A DNA stretch of 32,124 bases from the NCBI GenBank assembly GCA_022866015.1, contig JALHTX010000140.1, positions 1-32,124 of the forward strand. Reading direction: 5' to 3'. This DNA comes from Thermoplasmatota archaeon. Its GTDB lineage: Archaea; Thermoplasmatota; E2; DHVEG-1. How positions within the stretch are numbered: the first letter of the stretch is position 1; each line of letters begins with the position of its first letter. Positions 20,516-26,616 of this stretch are shown piece by piece. The notes beneath the pieces were generated by a model. The model was not told where the DNA came from. It saw only the letters and a list, made by a program, of their open reading frames with translations, and searched no databases. Position numbers and translations under genes: made by a program.

Positions 20516-21487
20516 TCATCTTTCAAATACTATGTTTTTATATGATTTATAATCAATATCTGGGAATTTGGGTTTAAATCTTGCTCTTATCTCTTCATCA
20601 TACTTTTTCTCTCCGCCTTTTGCTTCAAGTATCTTTTTTCCTGCTTCTATCTGATTGATTATATTAACATTAAGTGTGTTTAATGTACCTGGACCAAGTC
20701 TAGATAGAAGACTCATAGTAAGACCTACGCCATATGGTACTGATTCTGTTATAAAAATCGTACCAGGAACTGCTTCAAACCATGTACCTATTGATTCCTC
20801 CCCAAATTTTGTAATTGGAACGCCCATTGCTGCTTGGCGTTCAGGTGTAGGTCCTGCATGACCTACTACCCATTTACCATCAATACAAACCTCAATGTCT
20901 GCCTCTATTGAAAAATAACCAAGTGCATCATACCATCTACGCATCATTGTATCATATAAATCATCATACATTGATCGATTTTCAATTGCTGCAAACATTT
21001 TATATCTCGTTTTTAATCCAGCACATCTACATAAAGCTGCAAAAACGCTGTTTATATGTATACATGTACCTGTTCCTTGCTGGAGTGTTTGATCAACATC
21101 ATTTAATTTAAGTATTTCAAGTTCTAAATTCCTTTTACACCATTCAAAAGCTACTTCTGCAAATTCATAATCAGTTTTTTTAAAAACACCAAGTTGATGA
21201 GCTAGTGCTATTATGTTTTTATCATGTGAATTACACCATAATGTTGGTCGTTTATATTTTTCATTTTTATTAAAATATTGCATTCCTTCTTTATATTCAG
21301 GTAATTTGTATCTTCTCATTGGTCGGACATATTTTAGTCCAGTAGAAGGTTTTCTACTTAATTTTTTAATATCGCTCATGTTTGTTAAAAAAACCTTTGA
21401 AAAAGCTAGACCTCCACCAATCAGCAATTTTACATAGGTCTTATTAGGAATATATTCTCGGTCTTTCATCTCTAATAAACTTGTCAT
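20516..21487 (-). CDS. Transglutaminase-like (papain-fold) domain protein
   Basis: QQGTGTCIHINSVFAALCRCAGLKTRY resembles the Cys-containing core of transglutaminase-like domains. The downstream His/Asp positions are not canonical. Confidence 0.5.
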   Translation of the reverse strand: MTSLLEMKDREYIPNKTYVKLLIGGGLAFSKVFLTNMSDIKKLSRKPSTGLKYVRPMRRYKLPEYKEGMQYFNKNEKYKRPTLWCNSHDKNIIALAHQLGVFKKTDYEFAEVAFEWCKRNLELEILKLNDVDQTLQQGTGTCIHINSVFAALCRCAGLKTRYKMFAAIENRSMYDDLYDTMMRRWYDALGYFSIEADIEVCIDGKWVVGHAGPTPERQAAMGVPITKFGEESIGTWFEAVPGTIFITESVPYGVGLTMSLLSRLGPGTLNTLNVNIINQIEAGKKILEAKGGEKKYDEEIRARFKPKFPDIDYKSYKNIVFER

Positions 21488-21606
21488 ATTGACTACTCCC
21501 CTAACAATAAATGAAAATTTTAGATATATTATTTATGAATAATTGAATATGATATTTGTATATCATTTTTCCTGAATTTCTGTTATTTTCTAAGAAATAA
21601 AATTTT

Positions 21607-21639
21607 AATTTAGTGCAAGGGAAGGGATTTGAACACCAA
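21607..21639 (-). repeat. tRNA-3'-end-like repeat, copy B (candidate att remnant)
   Basis: The reverse complement reads GTTCAAATCCCTTCCCTTGCAC: T-loop, T-stem 3' strand, acceptor 3' strand and discriminator. No matching 5' half is present. Confidence 0.5.
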
Positions 21640-21733
21640 AATACCAGCATGATAAAGATTGACAGATTATGAATACAAGTGTAATCATAATAAGAAATAC
21701 TGAGAGTACAGTCCAAAATTATTTGTTTCCTGT

Positions 21734-22204
21734 TTATAGATTTTTTCTTTTATGCTTCTTCTTTCTAAACCTTGTTGTTTCCTCTATGACTTCCACAGGT
21801 TTATATGGGGGTCTCTTTAACTCCGTCTCTAGCCTCCCCAACCAGTCCTCAAGCTTATACACCTTCTCATGGAATTGCGCTCTTTTATGTGCTTGTTTAT
21901 ACGTCAAGCCTTTCGTCTCCATCAATTCCAGTTCAAACTTCTCATGCCCCTGAAGAATACGCTCCCTTCGTTTAGGGTCGTCATACACGTTCTTTCGTAT
22001 CCAAATCTCATTTTCTGGTATCTTATGTCGGAGACTAACAGGCAATTCGTTTTCTGGAAGCAAACCGTGTAGAGCGATATAGTCTCCCATCACCGATTGT
22101 GGCTTCACTTTCACGATAAAAGGCAGGGTTTCCTTCCCACGGCCATACGGGTCATACCGTTTCGCATCAACTCCTTTTTTTATTTCGCTCTTCTTCTTTT
22201 CCAT
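21734..22204 (-). CDS. Hypothetical basic protein in a GC-richer segment
   Basis: ORF track. By eye the composition is clearly less AT-rich than the flanks. No SD before the ATG. Family not recognised. Confidence 0.5.
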   Translation of the reverse strand: MEKKKSEIKKGVDAKRYDPYGRGKETLPFIVKVKPQSVMGDYIALHGLLPENELPVSLRHKIPENEIWIRKNVYDDPKRRERILQGHEKFELELMETKGLTYKQAHKRAQFHEKVYKLEDWLGRLETELKRPPYKPVEVIEETTRFRKKKHKRKNL

Positions 22205-22267
22205 TAGCCGACCATCTCTTTATATCATTCAGATACGTTTCAAAAAAGGGTTAGAGTTTGGTTTTTT

Positions 22268-22425
22268 TCAATCAACTTTAATTTTATCTACTTTTGTTCC
22301 TTTTCTCTCATGGACTTGGAATATATGCATTTCTAGGGCTTTGTTAGTACTAAAAATTTTTTTACAATATCTACATTTAGGTATAATTTTTCCACTTAAA
22401 TTTTTAATTTCTTTTTTTTATTCAT
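22268..22425 (-). pseudogene. C2H2 zinc-finger gene needing a -1 shift (or +1 nt) in an A8 tract to join its ATG to the finger
   Basis: ATG 22425..22423 reads MNKKKKLKI*. The frame entered after a -1 slip at A_AAA_AAG (22412-22419 is T8 on the plus strand) reads EIKNLSGKIIPKCRYCKKIFSTNKALEMHIFQVHERKGTKVDKIKVD*. Confidence 0.4.
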
Positions 22426-22537
22426 TAATCGCCGTGGTATGTGATAATGTAATTTTTTTCTGCCATTCATTAGTTTGAGGTATCTCAAAATCGTTCATCC
22501 AGTCATTAAATATATTGATATTTCTCATTTTTTTCAT
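22418..22537 (-). CDS. Hypothetical 39-aa protein
   Basis: Hand translation: MKKMRNINIFNDWMNDFEIPQTNEWQKKITLSHTTAINE. GGAAGG SD-like sequence upstream. Confidence 0.3.
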   Translation of the reverse strand: MKKMRNINIFNDWMNDFEIPQTNEWQKKITLSHTTAINE

Positions 22538-22594
22538 TTGTTTTTCCTTCCATCAAATCTAAAATTAATAATAGATTAATAGATATTAGAACTT

Positions 22595-22750
22595 TCAATT
22601 TGGCTTTATTTCATCTATATTTTTCCAAGCTTTTTCGACACTTTGTCCAAATGTTCTCACTTCTATTTTCTTTTTTAATCTAGAAATACGTATCCTCTCA
22701 CGCATTTCACTTATTCTTCTATCTATATGCTTTTCAAAAGCGTCACTCAT
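22595..22750 (-). CDS. Hypothetical 51-aa protein
   Basis: Hand translation: MSDAFEKHIDRRISEMRERIRISRLKKKIEVRTFGQSVEKAWKNIDEIKPN. GAGGGAG SD lies 6-7 nt upstream. Confidence 0.35.
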   Translation of the reverse strand: MSDAFEKHIDRRISEMRERIRISRLKKKIEVRTFGQSVEKAWKNIDEIKPN

Positions 22751-22811
22751 TTTTTTCTCCCTCTTTTAAACATATTAATACCAATAATAGTTATATTTCA
22801 ATAGATCAAGT

Positions 22812-22907
22812 TTATACATGTGTTCCAAATTTTATCATGTGATCTTTTAATGAATCGTAGGTTCTAAATTTTCGTCCACAATAAATACATCTGCAAGTTT
22901 TTGCCAT
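22812..22907 (-). CDS. C2H2-like zinc-finger protein, 31 aa
   Basis: Hand translation: MAKTCRCIYCGRKFRTYDSLKDHMIKFGTHV. Starts 14 nt after the RHH-1 stop. Confidence 0.5.
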   Translation of the reverse strand: MAKTCRCIYCGRKFRTYDSLKDHMIKFGTHV

Positions 22908-22920
22908 ATTTTCCCTTCTT

Positions 22921-23070
22921 TTAGTTTTGTTTTTTATAACACTCCATCATGTAGATAATCTGACGGCTAACAGGTCTACGTTCCTTATTAGCTAATTCTC
23001 TAAGCTGTTTAAAATCTGCATCTGAAAGGCTGATTGTTGTTCTTTTAGTCATAGATTTTTTCCCCCGCAT
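22921..23070 (-). CDS. Ribbon-helix-helix (CopG/Arc/MetJ-type) protein, RHH-1
   Basis: Hand translation: MRGKKSMTKRTTISLSDADFKQLRELANKERRPVSRQIIYMMECYKKQN. GAGGGAGA SD upstream. Alternative start at ATG 23052. Confidence 0.7.
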   Translation of the reverse strand: MRGKKSMTKRTTISLSDADFKQLRELANKERRPVSRQIIYMMECYKKQN

Positions 23071-23097
23071 AAAATCTCCCTCTTATTCTTATTAGTA

Positions 23098-23179
23098 TTA
23101 TGCAAAGTTATATAATATTAAGTAACTATACTATAATATAAATAACTTTGTGCATAACATTAAATACATTTATGCATAA
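23098..23179. promoter_or_regulatory. Promoter/operator region of RHH-1 with three TGCA(T/A)A motifs
   Basis: TTATGCAAA 23098-23106, TGCATAA 23151-23157, TATGCATAA 23171-23179. An A/T-rich TATA-like CTATAATATAAAT lies between them. Confidence 0.4.
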
Positions 23180-23238
23180 TTAATATCTGCGATAATGAAA
23201 TAGCCTACTCGCATTTTTAAAAAAAAGCACCCAATAAA

Positions 23239-23379
23239 TTATTTTTCCTTTTGTTGTTTTAAATAAAAATGCATCATGTAAACGAGCTGACGGCTAATAG
23301 GTCGATGTTCTTCTTTAGCTAATTCTCTAAGTTGTTTTTGCTCTTCATCTGAAAGGCTGATTGTTGTTCTTTTAGCCAT
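23239..23379 (-). CDS. Ribbon-helix-helix protein, RHH-2 (paralogue of RHH-1)
   Basis: Hand translation: MAKRTTISLSDEEQKQLRELAKEEHRPISRQLVYMMHFYLKQQKEK. 29 of 43 aligned residues are identical to RHH-1 (hand count). GGAGTG SD upstream. Confidence 0.7.
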   Translation of the reverse strand: MAKRTTISLSDEEQKQLRELAKEEHRPISRQLVYMMHFYLKQQKEK

Positions 23380-23395
23380 AAAAATCACTCCGCTG

Positions 23396-23538
23396 TATGC
23401 ATAATTGCATATTTCAACATTATTATTTTTTCATATTTTTCACATTTAATTATTGTTATGCAAAAGAGAATAACATTAATAAAAATAACATATTATAATA
23501 TAACAATGCATAACTTTAAATACAAATATGCAATATGC
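23396..23538. promoter_or_regulatory. Promoter/operator region of RHH-2, paralogous to 23098-23179
   Basis: TATGCATAA 23396-23404, TTGCATAT 23405-23412, TTATGCAAA 23456-23464, ATGCATAA 23506-23513, TATGCAATATGC 23527-23538. Confidence 0.4.
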
Positions 23539-23832
23539 TTATTGATGGTTGTTGAGGAAATGTGAAAACAACTCCTAGCAATCTATAATAGTTAAACAAA
23601 ATCCTTGGGGATGATGGGCTTAATCTTTTAAAAAAAACATCCTTTAGATCGCTCCGCACAGTAAAGAGATTCCTCTCCAATACCCTTTCATCCCTATCCC
23701 ATCTCAACATTTTCAATATTAATTTCTACGTTCATTGAAAAAATAGTTTGTGTCAAAAAAAAAGTATTAATGATGCAAAGAAAGAGTTGTTTTCATTGAT
23801 TCTTCTTTTATGCTATATCTGCTCCCTCAAAC

Positions 23833-24030
23833 CTACCATTTCCTTTTCATTTTCATTCTTTCAGCATCTTCGTCTTTTCTATTAGTATTAATCTTTGTTT
23901 TTTTCAAGTATTCTTCTAAGCATAATTTACAAATAGCAACAATTTCTAGTCCATTGTCACCTGTTGTATAATGAATGGTTATGTCCTCTGCCTGAAAAAC
24001 TTTACCACATCTATTACATATATATTTCAT
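23833..24030 (-). CDS. Zinc-ribbon protein, 65 aa
   Basis: ORF track. CNRC...CKLC. AAGGTGA SD upstream. The ATG abuts the RHH-3 stop. Confidence 0.55.
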   Translation of the reverse strand: MKYICNRCGKVFQAEDITIHYTTGDNGLEIVAICKLCLEEYLKKTKINTNRKDEDAERMKMKRKW

Positions 24031-24195
24031 TTATTTCACCTTATTATGCCCGCTTAATTTATTATTTTTTATGTAGAAATTTGTCATATAAACTATTTGT
24101 CTGCTATATGGTCTTTCTTCTTCTTTTGCGAGTTTTTTGATTAGTGTGTTTTCTTTTTTTGTTAGGGATATGTTCATTCTTATTCTTTTTTTCAT
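24031..24195 (-). CDS. Ribbon-helix-helix protein, RHH-3
   Basis: Hand translation: MKKRIRMNISLTKKENTLIKKLAKEEERPYSRQIVYMTNFYIKNNKLSGHNKVK. Shares the ISL...L..LAKEE.RP.SRQ.(V/I)YM core with RHH-1 and RHH-2. Confidence 0.65.
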   Translation of the reverse strand: MKKRIRMNISLTKKENTLIKKLAKEEERPYSRQIVYMTNFYIKNNKLSGHNKVK

Positions 24196-24199
24196 GTTT

Positions 24200-24246
24200 T
24201 ACACAAACATGTAATAATTTTACACATTTATATGCCTTTGTACACA
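24200..24246. promoter_or_regulatory. Three phased TACACA repeats in the divergent intergenic region next to RHH-3
   Basis: TACACA at 24200, 24221 and 24241, spaced 21 and 20 nt apart. The first starts 5 nt from the RHH-3 ATG. Confidence 0.4.
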
Positions 24247-24312
24247 ATGATATATACCACCTGTTGCATACTACCATCATCCGACAAATTTTGGAAAGGA
24301 CAGGTGAGGTCA

Positions 24313-24402
24313 ATGGAGATCATCGAACAAGTAAAACGACTGTTGGAATCACATATGATAAACAGTGGAATCAGAAATTTACTTCCGGAGCCTATGACTT
24401 AA
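24313..24402 (+). CDS. Micro-ORF 1 (29 aa) behind the conserved GGAAAGGACAGGTGA leader
   Basis: Hand translation: MEIIEQVKRLLESHMINSGIRNLLPEPMT. AGGTGA lies 5 nt before the ATG. Confidence 0.3.
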   Translation: MEIIEQVKRLLESHMINSGIRNLLPEPMT

Positions 24403-24410
24403 CGTTAACT

Positions 24411-24470
24411 CTGAAAGATAAGGATGCGAGATAAACGAAATATCAAGGGCGATTATATCGTCCAAATCTC
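24411..24470 (+). repeat. 60-nt conserved intergenic element, copy 1
   Basis: CTGAAAGATAAGGATGCGAGATAAACGAAATATCAAGGGCGATTATATCGTCCAAATCTC. 50 of 60 ungapped matches to copy 2 (hand count). Confidence 0.6.
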
Positions 24471-24489
24471 ATTTAGGAGGAGAAATAAT

Positions 24490-24771
24490 ATGACAGAGAC
24501 AGATTGTGAAGAATGTAATAATAAATTAGGTATTCTAGAAGGGTATTATCACCCTACATTAGGAAAAAGGTTTTTAGTATGCAAGGAATGTTTTGGTAAA
24601 GTAGACGAAAGTATGCAAAGATGGAGCAAGTTTTGTCTTTCAGATTCATTCAACGCAGAATCACATAAGATTGACATCGAAGATGCGTGGAATAACAGTA
24701 TATCAAATGATCTTCCTTTGCAAAAATGGTTTAGGAATCTTTGGATTAAAATAGGATGTCCGGGTGCATAG
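24490..24771 (+). CDS. Zinc-ribbon protein, 93 aa
   Basis: AGGAGGAG SD then ATG 24490. MTETDCEECNNKLG...LVCKECFGK. The track start 24424 would read through the repeat element. Confidence 0.5.
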   Translation: MTETDCEECNNKLGILEGYYHPTLGKRFLVCKECFGKVDESMQRWSKFCLSDSFNAESHKIDIEDAWNNSISNDLPLQKWFRNLWIKIGCPGA

Positions 24772-24808
24772 AATAAGATATAAAACCCGGAAAGGACAGG
24801 TGAAATCA

Positions 24809-24931
24809 ATGAATATGGAGAGAGAATATACGGTCTTTGAAAACGATATGGACTATAGGAAGAGAAAACGACTTCAAGCATTAGAAGCGGATGACTTTAG
24901 AGGAGCAATATTTACAAGGATGGATAGATGA
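24809..24931 (+). CDS. Micro-ORF 2 (40 aa) behind the same conserved leader
   Basis: Hand translation: MNMEREYTVFENDMDYRKRKRLQALEADDFRGAIFTRMDR. Leader GGAAAGGACAGGTGAAATCA precedes the ATG. Confidence 0.3.
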   Translation: MNMEREYTVFENDMDYRKRKRLQALEADDFRGAIFTRMDR

Positions 24932-24946
24932 GTTACATATCTAACG

Positions 24947-25006
24947 CTGAAAACTAAGAAATCGAGATAATCGAAATATTAAGGACGAGTATATCGCCCA
25001 AATCTC
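24947..25006 (+). repeat. 60-nt conserved intergenic element, copy 2
   Basis: CTGAAAACTAAGAAATCGAGATAATCGAAATATTAAGGACGAGTATATCGCCCAAATCTC. Confidence 0.6.
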
Positions 25007-25180
25007 TTTTTTTTAAACAATTGTTTAGGAGAGATTTATAAGTAATTAGTTGTTTTGAAATTGTAGTTTAGAAGGAAGAAAAAATGACTGGGGATAAAAA
25101 TTAATATAAATATAGGAAAGAGGGAGATATAAATAGAAGAAATAAAAAAAGAGAGAGAGAAGAAGAAAAAGTAGAAGAAG

Positions 25181-25444
25181 ATGAACAGACGAAGAATGAT
25201 TTGGAATAGGTTTGAGGTGAGACAAATGAAAGATGAAAAATATCCCAAAGACGAAGACAAAAGGAGCAAAAAACGACTAAGAAAACTAAGAAAAGAAGAA
25301 GAAAAATACGAAGAAACGCAGAAAGAAGAAAAAGAAAAAATACAAAAAGATAAAAACATAGATGAAGAAGAAGACGAAGAAAAAGAAGAAGATGAATATG
25401 CAAATTATTCAGAAAAAAGAAAAGTAGAAGATAATAACATGTAG
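25181..25444 (+). CDS. Lys/Glu/Arg-rich low-complexity protein encoded in a polypurine tract
   Basis: ORF track. Same strand as the neighbouring modules. The antisense ORFs are F/L/S low-complexity shadows. Confidence 0.35.
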   Translation: MNRRRMIWNRFEVRQMKDEKYPKDEDKRSKKRLRKLRKEEEKYEETQKEEKEKIQKDKNIDEEEDEEKEEDEYANYSEKRKVEDNNM

Positions 25445-25488
25445 CCATAAAAGAGGTTATGAAATTGTAGTTTTGAGGGAGGAAAAAA

Positions 25489-25563
25489 ATGTTTAATAAT
25501 CAACCAGAACCAGATATTCCATTTCCTGGGGATCCTGATCCGGATGACGAAGAAGATGAATAA
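25489..25563 (+). CDS. Acidic micro-ORF, 24 aa
   Basis: GAGGGAGG SD, then ATG. Hand translation: MFNNQPEPDIPFPGDPDPDDEEDE. Confidence 0.3.
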   Translation: MFNNQPEPDIPFPGDPDPDDEEDE

Positions 25564-25686
25564 AAAACTATGTGGCAATCATTAACACGATTGCACGTAT
25601 AGAATATATATTACTTTCTGAAAAAAGAGCTGGATGTCAGCCTGTTTTTGTTTTGCTCCATATACTAGAAAAAACAGATATTTTTG

Positions 25687-25983
25687 TTAGCGCTTTCCAA
25701 ATTCTTTTTTTCTTTCTTTTGTAGTCATACCTGTTGCTTCAAAAAGAAATTCGTTCCATTTTTTAATAATGCTATAATCTCCACAGACTGTTTTAGGTGG
25801 TTCAATATCAACAAGTAAAAAATTTTTTTCTTGTTTCATGTCAATTTTTCCGATGCCTTCTACTTCAAATTTTATACCTGTGGTAATGTTACCCTTTGCT
25901 CCAAAGAATTTGTTTATAAGTGCCCCAATGTCTGGATTATGGCCTTTCTTAATCTTGTATTCTCTCATGCTTGTACAACCCAC
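25687..25983 (-). CDS. Conserved-looking hypothetical protein (likely start ATG 25968)
   Basis: ORF track. No motif that I can name with confidence. Confidence 0.5.
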   Translation of the reverse strand: MGCTSMREYKIKKGHNPDIGALINKFFGAKGNITTGIKFEVEGIGKIDMKQEKNFLLVDIEPPKTVCGDYSIIKKWNEFLFEATGMTTKERKKEFGKR

Positions 25984-26013
25984 TTTGTGAAATATAAAAA
26001 TCTATTATTAATT

Positions 26014-26517
26014 TTATGCTAAAAGTTCAAATACTTTTTCAACTGCATCTTCTGCAGAAACTGCAACCATAAAATTAGATTCAACTCCTTGCATAATGTT
26101 GCCATTTATAATTTGATCAACGCATCCACCAGTACCTTTTATGAGAATAAGAGGTTTTTCTGAAATCATTCTAAAGCAAATCTCATTAAGTGTACCCCAA
26201 CGTCCGCCAATTGCAATTGTTACATCACCTGTTCTTGACACCAAACAATTCCTAACATTACCAATTCCTGTAGAAATAGCAATATCAATAAATTCATTTG
26301 CTTCATCTTTTTCATAGGGCATTATACCAACGGTGATACCACCTTCTTTTTTTGCACCACGACAAACTGCTTGCATTACGCCATTGCGGCCACCACATAC
26401 TACAACGCCACCTCTCTGAGCAATAAGCATACCTACTTTTTCTGCTACTTCTAATGCATAATTAGTAAGTTTTTCATCAAAACCATCGCTTCCACAAATA
26501 GAAATTAGCTTTTTCAT
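26014..26517 (-). CDS. TIGR00725 / LOG-like (SLOG superfamily) Rossmann-fold protein
   Basis: ISICGSDG, VVCGGRNGVMQAVCRGA, GGITVGIMP, IAIGGRWGTLNE. Confidence 0.7.
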   Translation of the reverse strand: MKKLISICGSDGFDEKLTNYALEVAEKVGMLIAQRGGVVVCGGRNGVMQAVCRGAKKEGGITVGIMPYEKDEANEFIDIAISTGIGNVRNCLVSRTGDVTIAIGGRWGTLNEICFRMISEKPLILIKGTGGCVDQIINGNIMQGVESNFMVAVSAEDAVEKVFELLA

Positions 26518-26616
26518 GCAAAGGTTTTATTTACAATTTGTTTTTAATTGTTTCTCCCACAAATTTTATAAATAACCCTCCCTTTCACTTCTTTTCACTT
26601 ACCTGGAGAAAAATAT

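Larger units (their letters stand above)
20358..25686. mobile_element. Variable island, a probable decayed integrated element (no integrase present)
   Basis: Lies between the housekeeping tal gene and a conserved hypothetical. Contains tRNA-fragment-like repeats, a GC-richer ORF, and many tiny RHH, C2H2 and Zn-ribbon genes with internal duplications. Confidence 0.45.

Noticed and set aside
21607-21720. Possible complete minus-strand tRNA at repeat B
   Set aside because: Only the T-loop and acceptor 3' strand are present. No complementary 5' acceptor strand (GCAAGGG), D-arm or anticodon arm could be found in the following 110 nt, even allowing for an intron.
22418-22420. Idea that in-frame TAA codons (22418, 4398, 30428) indicate TAA read-through or recoding
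   Set aside because: Core genes clearly terminate at TAA directly before the next start, for example rrp4 TAA 7375-7377 followed by rrp41 ATG 7380. The 22418 case is better explained by a frameshift model with its own ATG. TAA arises easily in AT-rich DNA.
23098-23538. TGCATAA-type repeats as a possible CRISPR or mini-array
   Set aside because: The motifs are only 7-9 nt long, irregularly spaced and sit in two paralogous promoters. There are no 25-40 nt direct repeats with unique spacers.
23560-23610. Possible small RNA (hairpin GTTGTT...AACAAC and a GATGATG box-C-like motif)
   Set aside because: No matching D box (CUGA), no second box pair and no guide-like architecture. Probably chance.
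23516-23716. 66-aa minus-strand ORF (TTG start, internal ATG 23710)
   Set aside because: No SD and no recognisable motif, and its 3' end runs through the RHH-2 operator repeats. Left uncalled; it could still be a real island gene.
24104-24434. Track ORFs 24104..24313 (-) and 24144..24434 (+)
   Set aside because: Both overlap the RHH-3 gene and its promoter in other frames or on the other strand. The plus-strand ORF also ignores the conserved SD-ATG at 24313, and its frame is closed in the duplicated copy at 24789.
24549-24881. 110-aa minus-strand ORF
   Set aside because: It is antisense to the SD-led zinc-ribbon gene 24490..24771 and to micro-ORF 2. No motif and no SD.
25036-25448. Minus-strand ORFs 25036..25359 and 25101..25448 (F/L/S-rich)
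   Set aside because: They are the pyrimidine-strand shadow of the polypurine tract. They run opposite to all neighbouring SD-led genes and consist purely of low-complexity sequence.
25629-25655. Hairpin GCTG-GATGT-CAGC followed by T-tracts as an intrinsic terminator
   Set aside because: The stem is only 4 bp. The oligo-T run alone may terminate archaeal transcription, but the structure is too weak to call.
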